From the NCBI GenBank assembly GCA_965206845.1, contig OZ242221.1:1152001-1216000 (forward strand): a stretch of DNA of 64,000 bases, given 5' to 3'. The translations under genes and the position numbers were made by a program. The DNA comes from Cenarchaeum sp. GTDB taxonomy: Archaea > Thermoproteota > Nitrososphaeria > Nitrososphaerales > Nitrosopumilaceae. Position 1 is the first letter of the stretch. Every line of letters starts with the position of its first letter. Positions 49,706 to 60,268 of this stretch are shown one piece after another. The notes under the pieces were generated by a model. The model ran no database searches. It saw nothing but the letters and a program-made list of their open reading frames with translations, and was not told the origin of the DNA.

Positions 49706-50701
49706 ATGAAGAAGATTGGATACCTTGGAGTGACCATATTGTTATTCTCCATACTTACTTATGGCATACCTGGAGCGGCGCATGCGCAGGGGACAGAGTA
49801 CCCGATCTCGATAATTACCGACAGGATCCAGTATGATGACGGTGACATCATGACGATATCCGGAAAGATAAGGGATCTGGGCCCTGCAGGCTTTGTTACA
49901 GATGTCACGATTCAGATCCTCACCCCAGGCGCAAGCGGCAGGCTTGCAATTGAGCAGGTTCCCACAGACCCTGACGGGAATTACTTTGTATCGCTCACTG
50001 TCGGAGGCCCCCTGTGGAAGGAGTCCGGCGAGTACGGAATACTGGTAGCTTATGGCTCGCAAAAGGCAACCGGCGCCTTTAACTTTACAGCAGCCACTAT
50101 AACTACGCCTCCTACACCTGTAGAACCGCCGGTGACAGAACCGGAACAGGTTACAACGCCGGAACCAGTTTCAACGCCCGAACCGACATCAGAACCGGCT
50201 CCAGAGCCCAAACCGGAACCAGCTCCAGAGCCCGAACCAGAACCAGAGCCCGAACCGACTCCTGCACCGGCACCCGAACCAGCGCCTGCTCCGGCACCCG
50301 ATCCAGACGATGGCGGCGGATGCCTAATCGCAACGGCGGCTTATGGCTCCGAGCTTGCGCCACAGGTACAGGCACTCCGGGAGATTCGCGACAGCACACT
50401 GCTCAGTACGGCATCGGGATCTGCATTCATGGCGGGATTCAACCAGGCGTACTACTCGTTCTCACCAACTATAGCAGACTGGGAGAGGGAGAGTCCCGTA
50501 TTCCGTGAGGTAGTAAGGGCACTCATCACACCGATGGTCTCGACGCTGTCCATAATGAGCATGGCTGACGAGGGCTCCGAGTCGCAGGTACTGGGACTTG
50601 GTGTGGCAGTAATCGCGCTCAACCTGGGAATGTATGTGGCAGCACCGACTGTGGGTATATTCATACTCAGGCGGCACTTTAGAAGACAAGTGCCTGCCTA
50701 G
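49706..50701 (+). CDS. Surface protein with Pro/Glu linker and CFI-box-CTERM domain
   Basis: Signal peptide; (PE)n linker; GGCLIATAAYGSELAPQVQ; C-terminal TM plus basic tail. Confidence 0.85.
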   Translation: MKKIGYLGVTILLFSILTYGIPGAAHAQGTEYPISIITDRIQYDDGDIMTISGKIRDLGPAGFVTDVTIQILTPGASGRLAIEQVPTDPDGNYFVSLTVGGPLWKESGEYGILVAYGSQKATGAFNFTAATITTPPTPVEPPVTEPEQVTTPEPVSTPEPTSEPAPEPKPEPAPEPEPEPEPEPTPAPAPEPAPAPAPDPDDGGGCLIATAAYGSELAPQVQALREIRDSTLLSTASGSAFMAGFNQAYYSFSPTIADWERESPVFREVVRALITPMVSTLSIMSMADEGSESQVLGLGVAVIALNLGMYVAAPTVGIFILRRHFRRQVPA

Positions 50702-50932
50702 GACGCAACCTACTCTGGACTATGTAGTTTCTGTGTGACTGGCGTTCTGCGCGGCAGCCTCCGGCGGCATGCCCGTTGCTGACATGCGCCGGCTCTGCGG
50801 ATTGCCTCTAATGCAGGTTCTGCCGCCGTTGTTTCATCTGCGGCACCGCCGGGCCCGAACCGCAGGCCCCTGGCCTGCCTTGGTAGCATCTACGCATAAA
50901 CTCTATTATACCGTGACTGGATATGCTGATCA

Positions 50933-51256
50933 ATGCGTATAGAGTATGAGGAGTTTGATGCCATTGAAGACGTCTTCTTGTACATGTCGTCTGCTGCTCC
51001 GCCCATGAAGAACACCATGCCTGTCAACTCGTACAAGGGGTATGTGCTGGCGCTTATTCCACTGAGTCCTGCAACCGGCGAAACATACCTGATGATATAT
51101 GCCAAGGGTGAGCTTGAGCCGGGAATCTACGAGTTTGACTTTGGCACAAAGTCATACAAGAAGGTAAACACCATTGAGCGCGCCGACAGGGTCTACTTTG
51201 TGTCCCTGACACCTGTAAGAAACACGATCGCCGACGCGGCGCTGGCAACACTATAG
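50933..51256 (+). CDS. Hypothetical protein
   Basis: Clean 107-aa ORF with AT-rich upstream region; converges on the radical SAM gene. Confidence 0.7.
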   Translation: MRIEYEEFDAIEDVFLYMSSAAPPMKNTMPVNSYKGYVLALIPLSPATGETYLMIYAKGELEPGIYEFDFGTKSYKKVNTIERADRVYFVSLTPVRNTIADAALATL

Positions 51257-52837
51257 TTTTTTGGTCTCGATTCTGGGGGCAGATACGGATCTGCTTCTGT
51301 CATACTTTTCGATGATCTCGTCCGGGGTTCTTCCGTTGAAGAGATCCTTGCAGAGCCCCCGCAGGTACCTCATGATGGCCCAGGTTCCTGCCTTGATGAT
51401 TCCGTACATGAACACCTTCATGGCGGGGCCGTAGGTCTTGTTGCGGAGTATGATGGGAATTATGTCATTGATTACCTGGAGGTTGTTCTCCCAGCATCTC
51501 CAGAACAGCGTGAACTGGGCCTCGTTGAGGTTGCCAAAGTGCATCGAGTTTCTCTCTCCAAAGTCCTGGTAGAGCAGTGGCGCCACGAGTCCCCTAAAGT
51601 CCATGGCCTTAAAGTCCTTGGTCATGTTTATGGTGTCCTGGACATCCTCGGGCGTCTCGTCGGGCCAGCCTATAATGATGGTTGCCGCCGGGAACCAGTG
51701 GTTGCGGTTCAGTATCTCTGCGCCTTCCAGAACCACGCTTCCCCACTCCTCTGGCGCAAAGGGCTTCGTCTTGACCCCCAGGTGCTTCTTTACCATCTTT
51801 GGGGCCACGGTCTCGATGCCCAGATTGGTGGCAAGCCACCGGCCGGTCTCGTGCTGCCTGTTGATGGCTGATATGTCGTGCATCAGATCCGGGTCTGCCG
51901 CTACCGCCGAGAAGGTCATGTGGGTGGTGCCCACAAAGTTTGCACCCAGGCCCTTGAGCCCCCGCCAGAGATCCGTGATGGCCTCCCGGTTGGGCCTAAA
52001 GTCCCTGTTGTCACACCCGTAGAGTAGCATCTCGTCGGAGTGGAGCCAGATCGAGTCAAACCCATAGTCCAGGTTTACCTTGGCCTCCCTCTGCAGCCTG
52101 TCCAGAGGAAGATCCTTCTTTGATCTCTTGTTTACATCGCAAAAGTCACAGCCCCTGCCGCAGCCACGCATGGCCTCTATGAGCGAGTTTACGGTCGGTC
52201 CATTGATGACTGGGATGTTCTGTATGTTCTTGACAAAGCAGTGCATCAGCTCCGGCGCGTCGCCCCTCTCCAGATCGTTGAACAGGTCCAAGGCCAGCTC
52301 GTCGGCCTCGCCCACCACTACGGTGTCGATTCCGTGAACGCGCATCCTGTCCGTCTTTGCCAGCTCCCAGGCGCCGTTTCCGCCTACCACCACGCGAAAG
52401 CCGTACTGTTTCTTCAGCTGGATGATCCTTGCACACATCTTCTTGAATTTCATGGCCACGTAGGAGAGCTTCTCTGGCGACATCGTCGTCGTGACCGGTG
52501 CCATGCCCAGGGGATCCATTACATTGATTCCCACCACCTTGGTGTCGGATCCCACGGATTTCTCGATATAGTCTGGGTTTGCCACGAACACCTCGTTCTT
52601 GTCGTACCCTTGGAGGAGGGCGCTCTCGACCCTTCTCAGTCCTACCTGGGCCACCTTGGCCTCGCCGGTTACCGGGTCGGTCTCCACCGGAGGACAGAAA
52701 ACCCTGTCAAAGACCCACTCGGGCAGCACCTCGTAGGGGCCGCAGGCAATAAAACCGTAAAGGAAATTTCCGCGATAGTTTGTCATCAGACTGCGATCCG
52801 CAGTCAGGACTATTCGTTTGCCTGCCAATATAACCAT
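51251..52837 (-). CDS. B12-binding-domain / radical SAM protein
   Basis: RGCGRGCDFC; VVVGG and VVVGEAD in the N-terminal domain. Confidence 0.85.
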   Translation of the reverse strand: MVILAGKRIVLTADRSLMTNYRGNFLYGFIACGPYEVLPEWVFDRVFCPPVETDPVTGEAKVAQVGLRRVESALLQGYDKNEVFVANPDYIEKSVGSDTKVVGINVMDPLGMAPVTTTMSPEKLSYVAMKFKKMCARIIQLKKQYGFRVVVGGNGAWELAKTDRMRVHGIDTVVVGEADELALDLFNDLERGDAPELMHCFVKNIQNIPVINGPTVNSLIEAMRGCGRGCDFCDVNKRSKKDLPLDRLQREAKVNLDYGFDSIWLHSDEMLLYGCDNRDFRPNREAITDLWRGLKGLGANFVGTTHMTFSAVAADPDLMHDISAINRQHETGRWLATNLGIETVAPKMVKKHLGVKTKPFAPEEWGSVVLEGAEILNRNHWFPAATIIIGWPDETPEDVQDTINMTKDFKAMDFRGLVAPLLYQDFGERNSMHFGNLNEAQFTLFWRCWENNLQVINDIIPIILRNKTYGPAMKVFMYGIIKAGTWAIMRYLRGLCKDLFNGRTPDEIIEKYDRSRSVSAPRIETKKL

Positions 52838-52859
52838 CTGACTGGTGCATTCTATATAT

Positions 52860-53283
52860 CATTTCCGAGTCAGATGGCGTTGTCCATTTCCGCAAATGTC
52901 ATCCTACCTGATCCACTTGCGCTTCCTCGACTTTGCCGGGGAGTCGACGACTAGGCCGTGGGATTTCATTATCTGGTATACGCGGGAGCGGCTTATATCA
53001 TGTCCTTCCTTCTTGAGTGTCTTGGCCGTCCGCACCACGCCCTCCGGCCTGGGTGGTGGGCATCTAGCACCATCTGGACTTCCTCGTCAGACAGTGCAGG
53101 GCTCTTCGGCCGACCGGCGAGGCGCTGGATATGTGCGGTCTCTGTCTTGAGATGCTCCGCCCACAACCGCCGGACATGCCGCTGCGTCACATCAATCTCC
53201 CCTGCCGCCACCTTGGTGTCCCTGCCCCCCTCCAGCTGCCTGATGAGGCATCGAATGGATATGTCCGACAGCTTTGGCCTTAT
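52860..53283 (-). pseudogene. IS481-like transposase remnant (HTH region only)
   Basis: KLSD..IR..IRQ...VTQRHVRRLW...GRP, frameshift near 53050, then ISRSRVYQIMK..GL....KSRKRKWIR*; start appears mutated to ATA; no DDE core. Confidence 0.65.
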
Positions 53284-53420
53284 CGTCCCCTTTGATCTAT
53301 GCAGCTTAAGGTAATCTTCCAGCGTACGCTTGACTGCACCTATACGACATGATTCTTGGACAATAGAAAAGTCTGTTTTGCATAAATATGTTTATTAACG
53401 CCACAATTCTAGGGTTATAG

Positions 53421-56258
53421 ATGAAGTACGGAATCACCGGCGTGTTTGCTCTTGCAGTAATTGTGGCCGGTACCATGGGCGTCGGCGCGTACGCGCAGGA
53501 CGGCTCCGATTCCGGACTGTCCGGGGAGATCCGCCTTGGCTTGATCACGCCGCTCTCGGGCGACGTGGCCCAGTACGGGGAGGAGAACCTGGCGGCAACA
53601 AACCTTGCCGTAGATGACTTTAACAAGTACCTTGCCGACAAGGATGCCGGCTGGTCAATTGAACTTACGATAGAGGACTCGCAGACGCTTCCCACAGCAG
53701 CGCTGGAGAAGATCCAGTCGCTGCGCGCCAAGGGCATAAGCATAGTGCTCGGGCCCTGGTCCAGCGCGTCCCTGCAGAACGTAAAGGGGTACGCCGACTC
53801 CAACGAGATGCTGCTGTTCAGCTGCTGCTCCACATCACCGCTCATTGCCATCTCCGGGGACTCCGTCTTTAGGATGTCACCGGACGACTCCAACCAGGGC
53901 ACCGCAATAAGCAAGCTCTTCGATGACGCCGGAATCGAGGTCATGGTGCCGGTATGGCGCGAGGACGCATGGGGAACCGGACTCCAGGACGCCTCACGGC
54001 TGTCATTTGAGTCCCGGGGCGGCATAGTCGACGATGGCTTGGGCTACAACCCGGAGGTCAGCGAGTTCTCAGTCGAGGCCTCAATCCTGGCAGACACCGT
54101 GCAGGGATATGTTAATGATCACGGCGCCGACAAGGTGGGCGTGCTGTACGTCGGGTTCGGCGAGGTGCTTCTGTTCATGCAGGCCGCATCAGACTACGAG
54201 GTGCTCGGCGACGTAAGGTGGTTCGGCAGCGACGCCAACACAAAGGAGTCAAAGCTGGTGGAGGACTCCATCGGACTCGGGTTTGTGACTGACACAATGT
54301 ACACCACCGTGCAGGTGGCATCAGGCAAGAACGATCTCAGCCAGTATGTCGACAACTCCCTGAATGAGAGCATCGGACGGATACCAAGCACCTACGCAAG
54401 CTCCGCATACGACATGATGTGGCTGATGGGACTGACTATAGAGAGGGAGCAGAGCACCGATGTTGCGGTGCTGACCGCGGCGATACCCGAGGTTGCAGAG
54501 GAGTATGTTGGGGCCTTGGGCTCCTCGCGCCTCAATGACGCAGGCGACCTGGCCCAGACAAACTACGACGTCTGGGACATAAGGGACGGCTCATGGACGC
54601 TGGCCGGGACGTACTTTTCGGCATCAGACACCATAGAGTTTGAGGGCGCCATGATGAAGGACGGTCTGACCGGAGAGGTAGAGATAGGCTCGATCCTGCC
54701 GCTCACTGGCAGGCTCTCAAAGCACGGCGAGGAGAACTGGGTGGCCTCTGTCCTTGCCACGGTAGACTTTAACAAGTACCTGGCAGACAAGGGCGCAACC
54801 TGGACGCTCAGCGCCACAGTCGAGGACTCGCAGACGTCGCCCACGGTCGCACTTGAAAAGCTGCAGACGCTGCACGCCAAGAACATAAAGATCGTGCTGG
54901 GACCCGAGACCAGCTCCAACCTTCAGAACATAAAGGGATATGCGGATGCCAACGAGATACTGCTCTTCAGCTGCTGCTCCACGTCGCCGCTTCTTGCCAT
55001 ATCCGGTGATACCATATTCAGGATGGCGCCAGACGACACCAACCAGGGCACCGCGCTGAGCAAGATCTTCACCGAGGCAGGAATAGAGGCCGTGGTGCCG
55101 GTATGGCGCGAGGACGCGTGGGGCGTGGGACTTATAGGATCCATCCGTGACTCATTTGCGTCTAGGGGCGGCACGGTAGCCGACGGACTTGGATACAACC
55201 CAGAGGCCAGCGACTTTTCGGCCGAGACATCGCTCCTGGCGGAGATAGTGCAGGAGTATGTGGACGAGTACGGCCCAGACAAGGTGGCCGTGATGTACAT
55301 CGGGTTCGGCGAGGGCCTGCTGTTCATGCAGTCCGCATCGGGCCAGGAGATACTCCATGACGTGAGGTGGTTCGGCACCGACGGCAACACCCGGGATCCG
55401 ACATTCATCGACGATCCGATAGGGCTTGAATTTGTGACTGACACCAGCTACACCACCGTGCAGGTGGCATCAGGCAAGAACGAGATCAGCAAGCGCGTGG
55501 ACGAGGCGCTGGTGGCGGAGCTTGGAAGGGTGCCAAGCACGTATGCGAGCTCCGCATACGACGCGGTATGGGTTGTAGGCCTTGCGATAGACAGGGAGCA
55601 GAGCACGGACGTTGCGGTGCTGAGCCAGGCGATTCCCGAGATTGCCGCAGAGCACACGGGCGCACTGGGCTCGACACGCCTCAACGACTACGGCGACCTG
55701 GCCCAGACAAACTACGACGTCTGGGACATCAGGGACGGCTCATGGACGCTGGCCGGGACGTACTTTTCGGCATCAGACACCATCGCGCTAGAGGGCGCCA
55801 TGCCGGACATGCCTGACGAAGTAGTGCCGGACATGCCTGACGAAGTAGTGCCGGACATGCCTGACGAAACCACGCCCCCTGGCGGATGCCTGATTGCGAC
55901 CGCCGCATACGGCAGTGAGCTTGCACCGCAGGTCCAGTTACTGCGTGAGATCAGGGACAACACGCTGCTCTCGACTGACTCTGGGACGTCATTCATGACG
56001 GGCTTCAACCAGTTCTACTACTCGTTCTCCCCCGCTGTTGCAGACCTTGAGCGCGAGAACGCCATGTTCAGGGACGCCGTGAGGGTGGCGATAACGCCTG
56101 GACTGTACACGCTGAACATAATGACGCTTGCGGACCAGAACTCTGACGCCTCGGTCATCGCATTTGGCCTACTCGCGATTGCCGCCATGGCAGGCATCTA
56201 CGTGGCAGGACCGGTCCTGACGGTACACGCCATCCGCAAAAGAGCAAGGCGCGCATAA
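53421..56258 (+). CDS. ABC-type substrate-binding protein (LivJ-like), two tandem domains plus CFI-box-CTERM
   Basis: Two copies of G...PL.G / EDSQT.P / STSP / FRM.PDD..QG / AYD; C-terminal GGCLIATAAYGSE. Confidence 0.88.
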   Translation: MKYGITGVFALAVIVAGTMGVGAYAQDGSDSGLSGEIRLGLITPLSGDVAQYGEENLAATNLAVDDFNKYLADKDAGWSIELTIEDSQTLPTAALEKIQSLRAKGISIVLGPWSSASLQNVKGYADSNEMLLFSCCSTSPLIAISGDSVFRMSPDDSNQGTAISKLFDDAGIEVMVPVWREDAWGTGLQDASRLSFESRGGIVDDGLGYNPEVSEFSVEASILADTVQGYVNDHGADKVGVLYVGFGEVLLFMQAASDYEVLGDVRWFGSDANTKESKLVEDSIGLGFVTDTMYTTVQVASGKNDLSQYVDNSLNESIGRIPSTYASSAYDMMWLMGLTIEREQSTDVAVLTAAIPEVAEEYVGALGSSRLNDAGDLAQTNYDVWDIRDGSWTLAGTYFSASDTIEFEGAMMKDGLTGEVEIGSILPLTGRLSKHGEENWVASVLATVDFNKYLADKGATWTLSATVEDSQTSPTVALEKLQTLHAKNIKIVLGPETSSNLQNIKGYADANEILLFSCCSTSPLLAISGDTIFRMAPDDTNQGTALSKIFTEAGIEAVVPVWREDAWGVGLIGSIRDSFASRGGTVADGLGYNPEASDFSAETSLLAEIVQEYVDEYGPDKVAVMYIGFGEGLLFMQSASGQEILHDVRWFGTDGNTRDPTFIDDPIGLEFVTDTSYTTVQVASGKNEISKRVDEALVAELGRVPSTYASSAYDAVWVVGLAIDREQSTDVAVLSQAIPEIAAEHTGALGSTRLNDYGDLAQTNYDVWDIRDGSWTLAGTYFSASDTIALEGAMPDMPDEVVPDMPDEVVPDMPDETTPPGGCLIATAAYGSELAPQVQLLREIRDNTLLSTDSGTSFMTGFNQFYYSFSPAVADLERENAMFRDAVRVAITPGLYTLNIMTLADQNSDASVIAFGLLAIAAMAGIYVAGPVLTVHAIRKRARRA
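55801..55868 (+). repeat. 24-bp tandem repeat (~2.8 copies) encoding the PDMPDEVV linker
   Basis: tgccggacatgcctgacgaagtag repeated. Confidence 0.9.
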
Positions 56259-56589
56259 CATCCCACAGGCGCCAGCAGCAGCAGATGTCCTCTGATGCGC
56301 AGCTTAGCTATGGATCTGCATGCCTTTGGGCCTGCCGCGTGATGCCGGGCTGAATGCAAAGGTCACCTGCAATGTCTGTTTGTGTGATGCCGCATGTCTC
56401 ACCTGGCGGAACACGAAAGCCTGACCGCATGCACAAGCTCACACTTGCATGGTGCATCGCAACCTTGCCGTTCCGCAAGCAGCGCACAAGGGCCGTGTGT
56501 GGGACGAACTGCCCAATGTTTGGATCCTGCGGACTGAAAGATCTGCGCTTCCCATAACCTATATAGCAAAACCGCTTTGATTGGGAGCT

Positions 56590-57258
56590 ATGCAGCAGTG
56601 GATCTTTGAGATCAGATCCAGGCCATTTGTAGTACTTGCGGCGGCATTTTTGTTGGCGACTCTGCTGGCGGCCACCGCTGCAACCGAGGGGTTTGACCGG
56701 TGGGTCTCTGAGACGTTCCACTCAGTAGCGGGCAACCCGGTGCTGGATATATCCATGTGGGCCATAACCGAGGCGGGAGACATATACTACATGCTCGTCT
56801 TTGGGATAGCCCTCTTGATCATCCGTAGGACGCGCCGGATAGGGATAACGCTGATGATCTGCCTGGTTCTTGGAACTCTGGCAACGGGATACCTCAAGTG
56901 TGGAATAAGCCGTGATTCGCCCGATCTTGAATTTACAGGGGTTGACTTTCCAATTCCCAGCAGCATAGACACCTTCCCACTCTTCTGCCAGGGGGGCTAC
57001 AGCTCCTCGTTCCCCTCTGGGCATGCGGCCCGGGCGGCCGTCTTTGGTGTGATTCTCGGCTATGCGCTGTCTGAAAGGTTTCCGCGCGGGTGCTACCTGC
57101 TGCTGCTCTATCCGCTGCTGATGTCTGTAAGCCGGGTCTACGTCCTGCAGCACTTTCCAATGGACGTCATCGGCGGTACCATACTGGGGGTACTCATCGC
57201 AGGAGCCATCGGGCAGCGATCAAAGCTCTACCGGCTCTTTGCCAGCTCAAAGCTCTAG
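56590..57258 (+). CDS. PAP2 family membrane phosphatase
   Basis: SFPSGH and SRVY...HFP.DV.GG. Confidence 0.88.
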   Translation: MQQWIFEIRSRPFVVLAAAFLLATLLAATAATEGFDRWVSETFHSVAGNPVLDISMWAITEAGDIYYMLVFGIALLIIRRTRRIGITLMICLVLGTLATGYLKCGISRDSPDLEFTGVDFPIPSSIDTFPLFCQGGYSSSFPSGHAARAAVFGVILGYALSERFPRGCYLLLLYPLLMSVSRVYVLQHFPMDVIGGTILGVLIAGAIGQRSKLYRLFASSKL

Positions 57259-57558
57259 GCTCTCAAACACGTTGTTGCTGATCAGCACAATGGCATAGTG
57301 GTCGTCATCGTGGTGGTACGTCCAGTACCTCAGATCCCTGTGTTGGTTATCCTTTCTTAGCATGCTGCTCAGAGTGGTGGTCACCGTATAGCCTATTCTC
57401 TTTGCCACCTTCTTCTCTTTTGGCATCAGCACCCTGAATCCGTCGCTTCTGTTGCGGAACCCAACCCTCGCCATCTCTTCGGCTGCCTCTGCTGCCTGCC
57501 TTTCGTCCCTGATCTCAAACACCTTTGCAACCGGAATCTTTGATGGGTGAACGTCCAT
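57247..57558 (-). CDS. Hypothetical protein
   Basis: 103-aa ORF with TTATTAAT box upstream (~57583). Confidence 0.7.
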   Translation of the reverse strand: MDVHPSKIPVAKVFEIRDERQAAEAAEEMARVGFRNRSDGFRVLMPKEKKVAKRIGYTVTTTLSSMLRKDNQHRDLRYWTYHHDDDHYAIVLISNNVFESLEL

Positions 57559-57760
57559 CTCGTATAGTCGGGGACGGATTAATTAATAACCTTTACACGT
57601 GCCTGTCCATCGATCCTGCCGCAGTTACCGGCTTCAGAGGTCACCGGTCACCTCTAGGGGCATGAACATGCTCGGCGCGCCTCCTCTGCATCGCAAGATG
57701 GCGGGCCAGCCTGTGCAGATCAGAACTTATATTTTATGTTCTGCCACCTTATAGCTTCGT

Positions 57761-58351
57761 ATGCTGAGAAGGCGCGGGCCCATAATAGGTATAGCCGGGC
57801 TGGTAATTGCGGGAAGCACGTATCTGATACTGCTGTCCCTCTTCCCCTCGCTGGATCACTCGCCACTCGGCGGTGCGGTGCCGCTTCTCTCTGACAGGGC
57901 AACCACAACAGAGACGATCGGCCCCGGCGAATCGGCCACGTTCCAGTACGTCCCCTCGGGCTCGCGCACGCTGTCTGACTCTGTCTCTTCCTTCATGTGG
58001 GGGGCGCACATACCTGACTATGAGCCAGGCGATGGGGCGTCCATCGTTATGAGCGACTCGACAGGAAACGTGCTGGACACGGTAAGACTGCAGGGCTGGG
58101 AAGTGTTCGAACCCCACGTGGCAGAATCCCTCGACACCTACTACTTTGAGGTGACAAACATCGGCGACAGACCGTTCTCGGTGTTCATGACGTTTCTGGA
58201 CAGCTCAGATCTTGAGAGCGACTCGATACAGAAGATAATACACATCGGACTGGCTGGGGTGGTCTTCCTGGTGGGCGTGGTTGTAATCATTGTGGGCGCA
58301 GTAGTTACGCTGGTTGACTGGAAGAGTGAAAAGAGAACCGCCAGCTACTGA
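57761..58351 (+). CDS. Hypothetical membrane protein (two TM helices)
   Basis: Same architecture as 43541-44041; AT-rich box at ~57728. Confidence 0.7.
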   Translation: MLRRRGPIIGIAGLVIAGSTYLILLSLFPSLDHSPLGGAVPLLSDRATTTETIGPGESATFQYVPSGSRTLSDSVSSFMWGAHIPDYEPGDGASIVMSDSTGNVLDTVRLQGWEVFEPHVAESLDTYYFEVTNIGDRPFSVFMTFLDSSDLESDSIQKIIHIGLAGVVFLVGVVVIIVGAVVTLVDWKSEKRTASY

Positions 58352-58368
58352 ACCAGACGAGATCGGTG

Positions 58369-58389
58369 TGGGTGCAGTAGCTGCACCCA
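58369..58389. terminator. Perfect 9-bp hairpin between convergent genes
   Basis: TGGGTGCAG-TAG-CTGCACCCA. Confidence 0.4.
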
Positions 58390-58473
58390 GTTGGCTGAAA
58401 AAACGAACCTGAAGCTGCCGGGAACTTGATAAAATTAAGTGACAGGATCAAAAATATAGCCCTGCTCACGGGA

Positions 58474-58779
58474 TTATTGAGGGTTTATCTCGAGCTTGCC
58501 GTATTTGCCTATTGAAAGTCCAACCTCGCCCCTGAAGGGTTTGGTGTAGCCGTTTGTGACTCTTACTGTGTCTCCGTCGCTGACCTTCTCTATCTCGTCG
58601 CCCCATAGGGTAAGTTTGATTTCGCCATCTTCACTGTCTTGCAGCAACATGTCGCATACCTCTGTGGTGCCTCCGGTTCGTAGGTTGACTGTTCTGGGTT
58701 CTTGTTTGTCTTTTATCTTTCCCTCGATGTTGATGTTACTTCTCAGGTTTTTTGCCTGTTCAGCTGTTACCATGCTCAT
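58474..58779 (-). CDS. ssb: Single-stranded DNA-binding protein (single OB fold)
   Basis: EPRTV, GEIKLTLW, V.NGY...FRG...L.IGKYG. Confidence 0.85.
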   Translation of the reverse strand: MSMVTAEQAKNLRSNINIEGKIKDKQEPRTVNLRTGGTTEVCDMLLQDSEDGEIKLTLWGDEIEKVSDGDTVRVTNGYTKPFRGEVGLSIGKYGKLEINPQ

Positions 58780-58824
58780 AAAGATCTCAACTTCTACTCC
58801 GATTATAAAGTTTTAGATGTGGCG

Positions 58825-60032
58825 GGGGTTGGTGCGTAATTCTCTGAACCGCCTAGACCAGTCCGATACGTTCAATGATCCGCGATCTCCCGCACGCGGC
58901 AATGAGCGAACACAGCAGACGGGAAGGATACTGGCAGTACTATGAACTGGCAAAGGAAGTCGAGGCACCCAGCCTGAAGAGGGAGCTGATCGAGATAATC
59001 CGGGAGAACCCTTGCCCGCGCCGAGAAAACGGCAACAGGGGCCGTCCCCCGGTTCACTCCAAGGAGAAACTGGACTTTGCCTGTCTGCTGATGATGGCAG
59101 GCAACAACACCTATCGCGGAGTCGAATCGGACCTGCGAGGCATGCGGACACCATGGGACAACGAGCCCGTCCCGGACCATACCACACTGGTCAGGCACCT
59201 CCAGACGATACCGGCAGACTGGCTCGATCTGATCGTGGCCGAGACGGCCCGCCGTTGCATCAAAGAGGCGGACGAGGCGACGGGCCCGCTGGGAGCCGAC
59301 AGCAGCGCGGCGGAGACCACTAGGTACGAATACGTCGAGAGGCCAAGCAGGAAGGAGCGCGACTTCGTCGAGACACGCCAAAAGACCTACTGGAAATACC
59401 ACATAACGGCCATCTTGGGCCTGCAGATCGTGCTGGCGGCGTTCACCACGCCCAGCAACATCAACGACACGACCATGCTTCCAGTCATGCTGGCTGAGAT
59501 CAGGCGTCGCGGGTTTGACTTTGCGGGGAACTTCTTTGACGGGGACAAGGGGTACGACTCTGACTACAACTGCGAGCTGCTGTTCTGGATGGGCATGATC
59601 CCCAACATCAAGCAACGGAAGGATGCCGTCAACCGTGGCAAGTCGCACAGGAGGAAGGCAGCCGGCATGTTCAGCGATAGCGAGTACAGAAAGAGGGCCC
59701 TGATAGAGGGCATCTTCGGGGCCGAGGAGACCCGGCGGCACCAGCTGCACTGCCGGTTCGTCCGGGAGGACAACCGGCGCCGGTTCGCCAAGGGAAGGGC
59801 GATCGCTTGGAACATCCGGGTCCTCAACCGGTTCGAGTGCGCCAACCGGCTAAACATGCCGATACCCTCCTACGGTGGCATGGCGCACGTGGAGTGCGCC
59901 TGATGATCCGACCCGTCAGTAGCTGATCACGGCGTGCGGGCAACAAAGCCCGACACACACCAAAGCACCGCCGGTGAAGATGCGGTGGGAGACACACATG
60001 AGCAGGACGGAGCAGAATTACGCACCAACCCC
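58825..60032 (+). mobile_element. IS5-like insertion sequence, 1208 bp
   Basis: Perfect 19-bp TIR GGGGTTGGTGCGTAATTCT (58825-58843 / 60014-60032); 9-bp TSD GATGTGGCG (58816-58824 / 60033-60041). Confidence 0.93.
58875..59903 (+). CDS. DDE transposase (IS5-like)
   Basis: PDHTTL, ADSS, KYH, GDKGYDS, YRKRALIEG.F (YREK-type). Confidence 0.88.
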   Translation: MIRDLPHAAMSEHSRREGYWQYYELAKEVEAPSLKRELIEIIRENPCPRRENGNRGRPPVHSKEKLDFACLLMMAGNNTYRGVESDLRGMRTPWDNEPVPDHTTLVRHLQTIPADWLDLIVAETARRCIKEADEATGPLGADSSAAETTRYEYVERPSRKERDFVETRQKTYWKYHITAILGLQIVLAAFTTPSNINDTTMLPVMLAEIRRRGFDFAGNFFDGDKGYDSDYNCELLFWMGMIPNIKQRKDAVNRGKSHRRKAAGMFSDSEYRKRALIEGIFGAEETRRHQLHCRFVREDNRRRFAKGRAIAWNIRVLNRFECANRLNMPIPSYGGMAHVECA

Positions 60033-60268
60033 GATGTGGCGTGGATATGGGATCGCGTCTTTTCCCCCATCCGGGCACGAGGACGCACGCCCGGAGAGGC
60101 CTCTGCGCCTGGCCCAAGGCAGCAGGTGATCCCTGTACTGGCGTGGCATGTGGGCTCATCTGCCGTACCAAACCCGGTGGAGAGCCTCCCGGGTATGCGA
60201 TACGGCTTGGCGCTCCCGCATCTGCACGGCGCGGGCGGATCCGGTGACGGCTCGTAGCCGGTACAGTA

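Noticed and set aside
50131-50305. ccagaa/ccggaa-type short repeats
   Set aside because: Ordinary Pro/Glu/Ala linker coding sequence.
58825-60032. IS5-like transposase as the mobiliser of the TnpB element
   Set aside because: The TIRs share only GGGG and the TSD is 9 bp versus 4 (or 6/8) bp; no support in this window.
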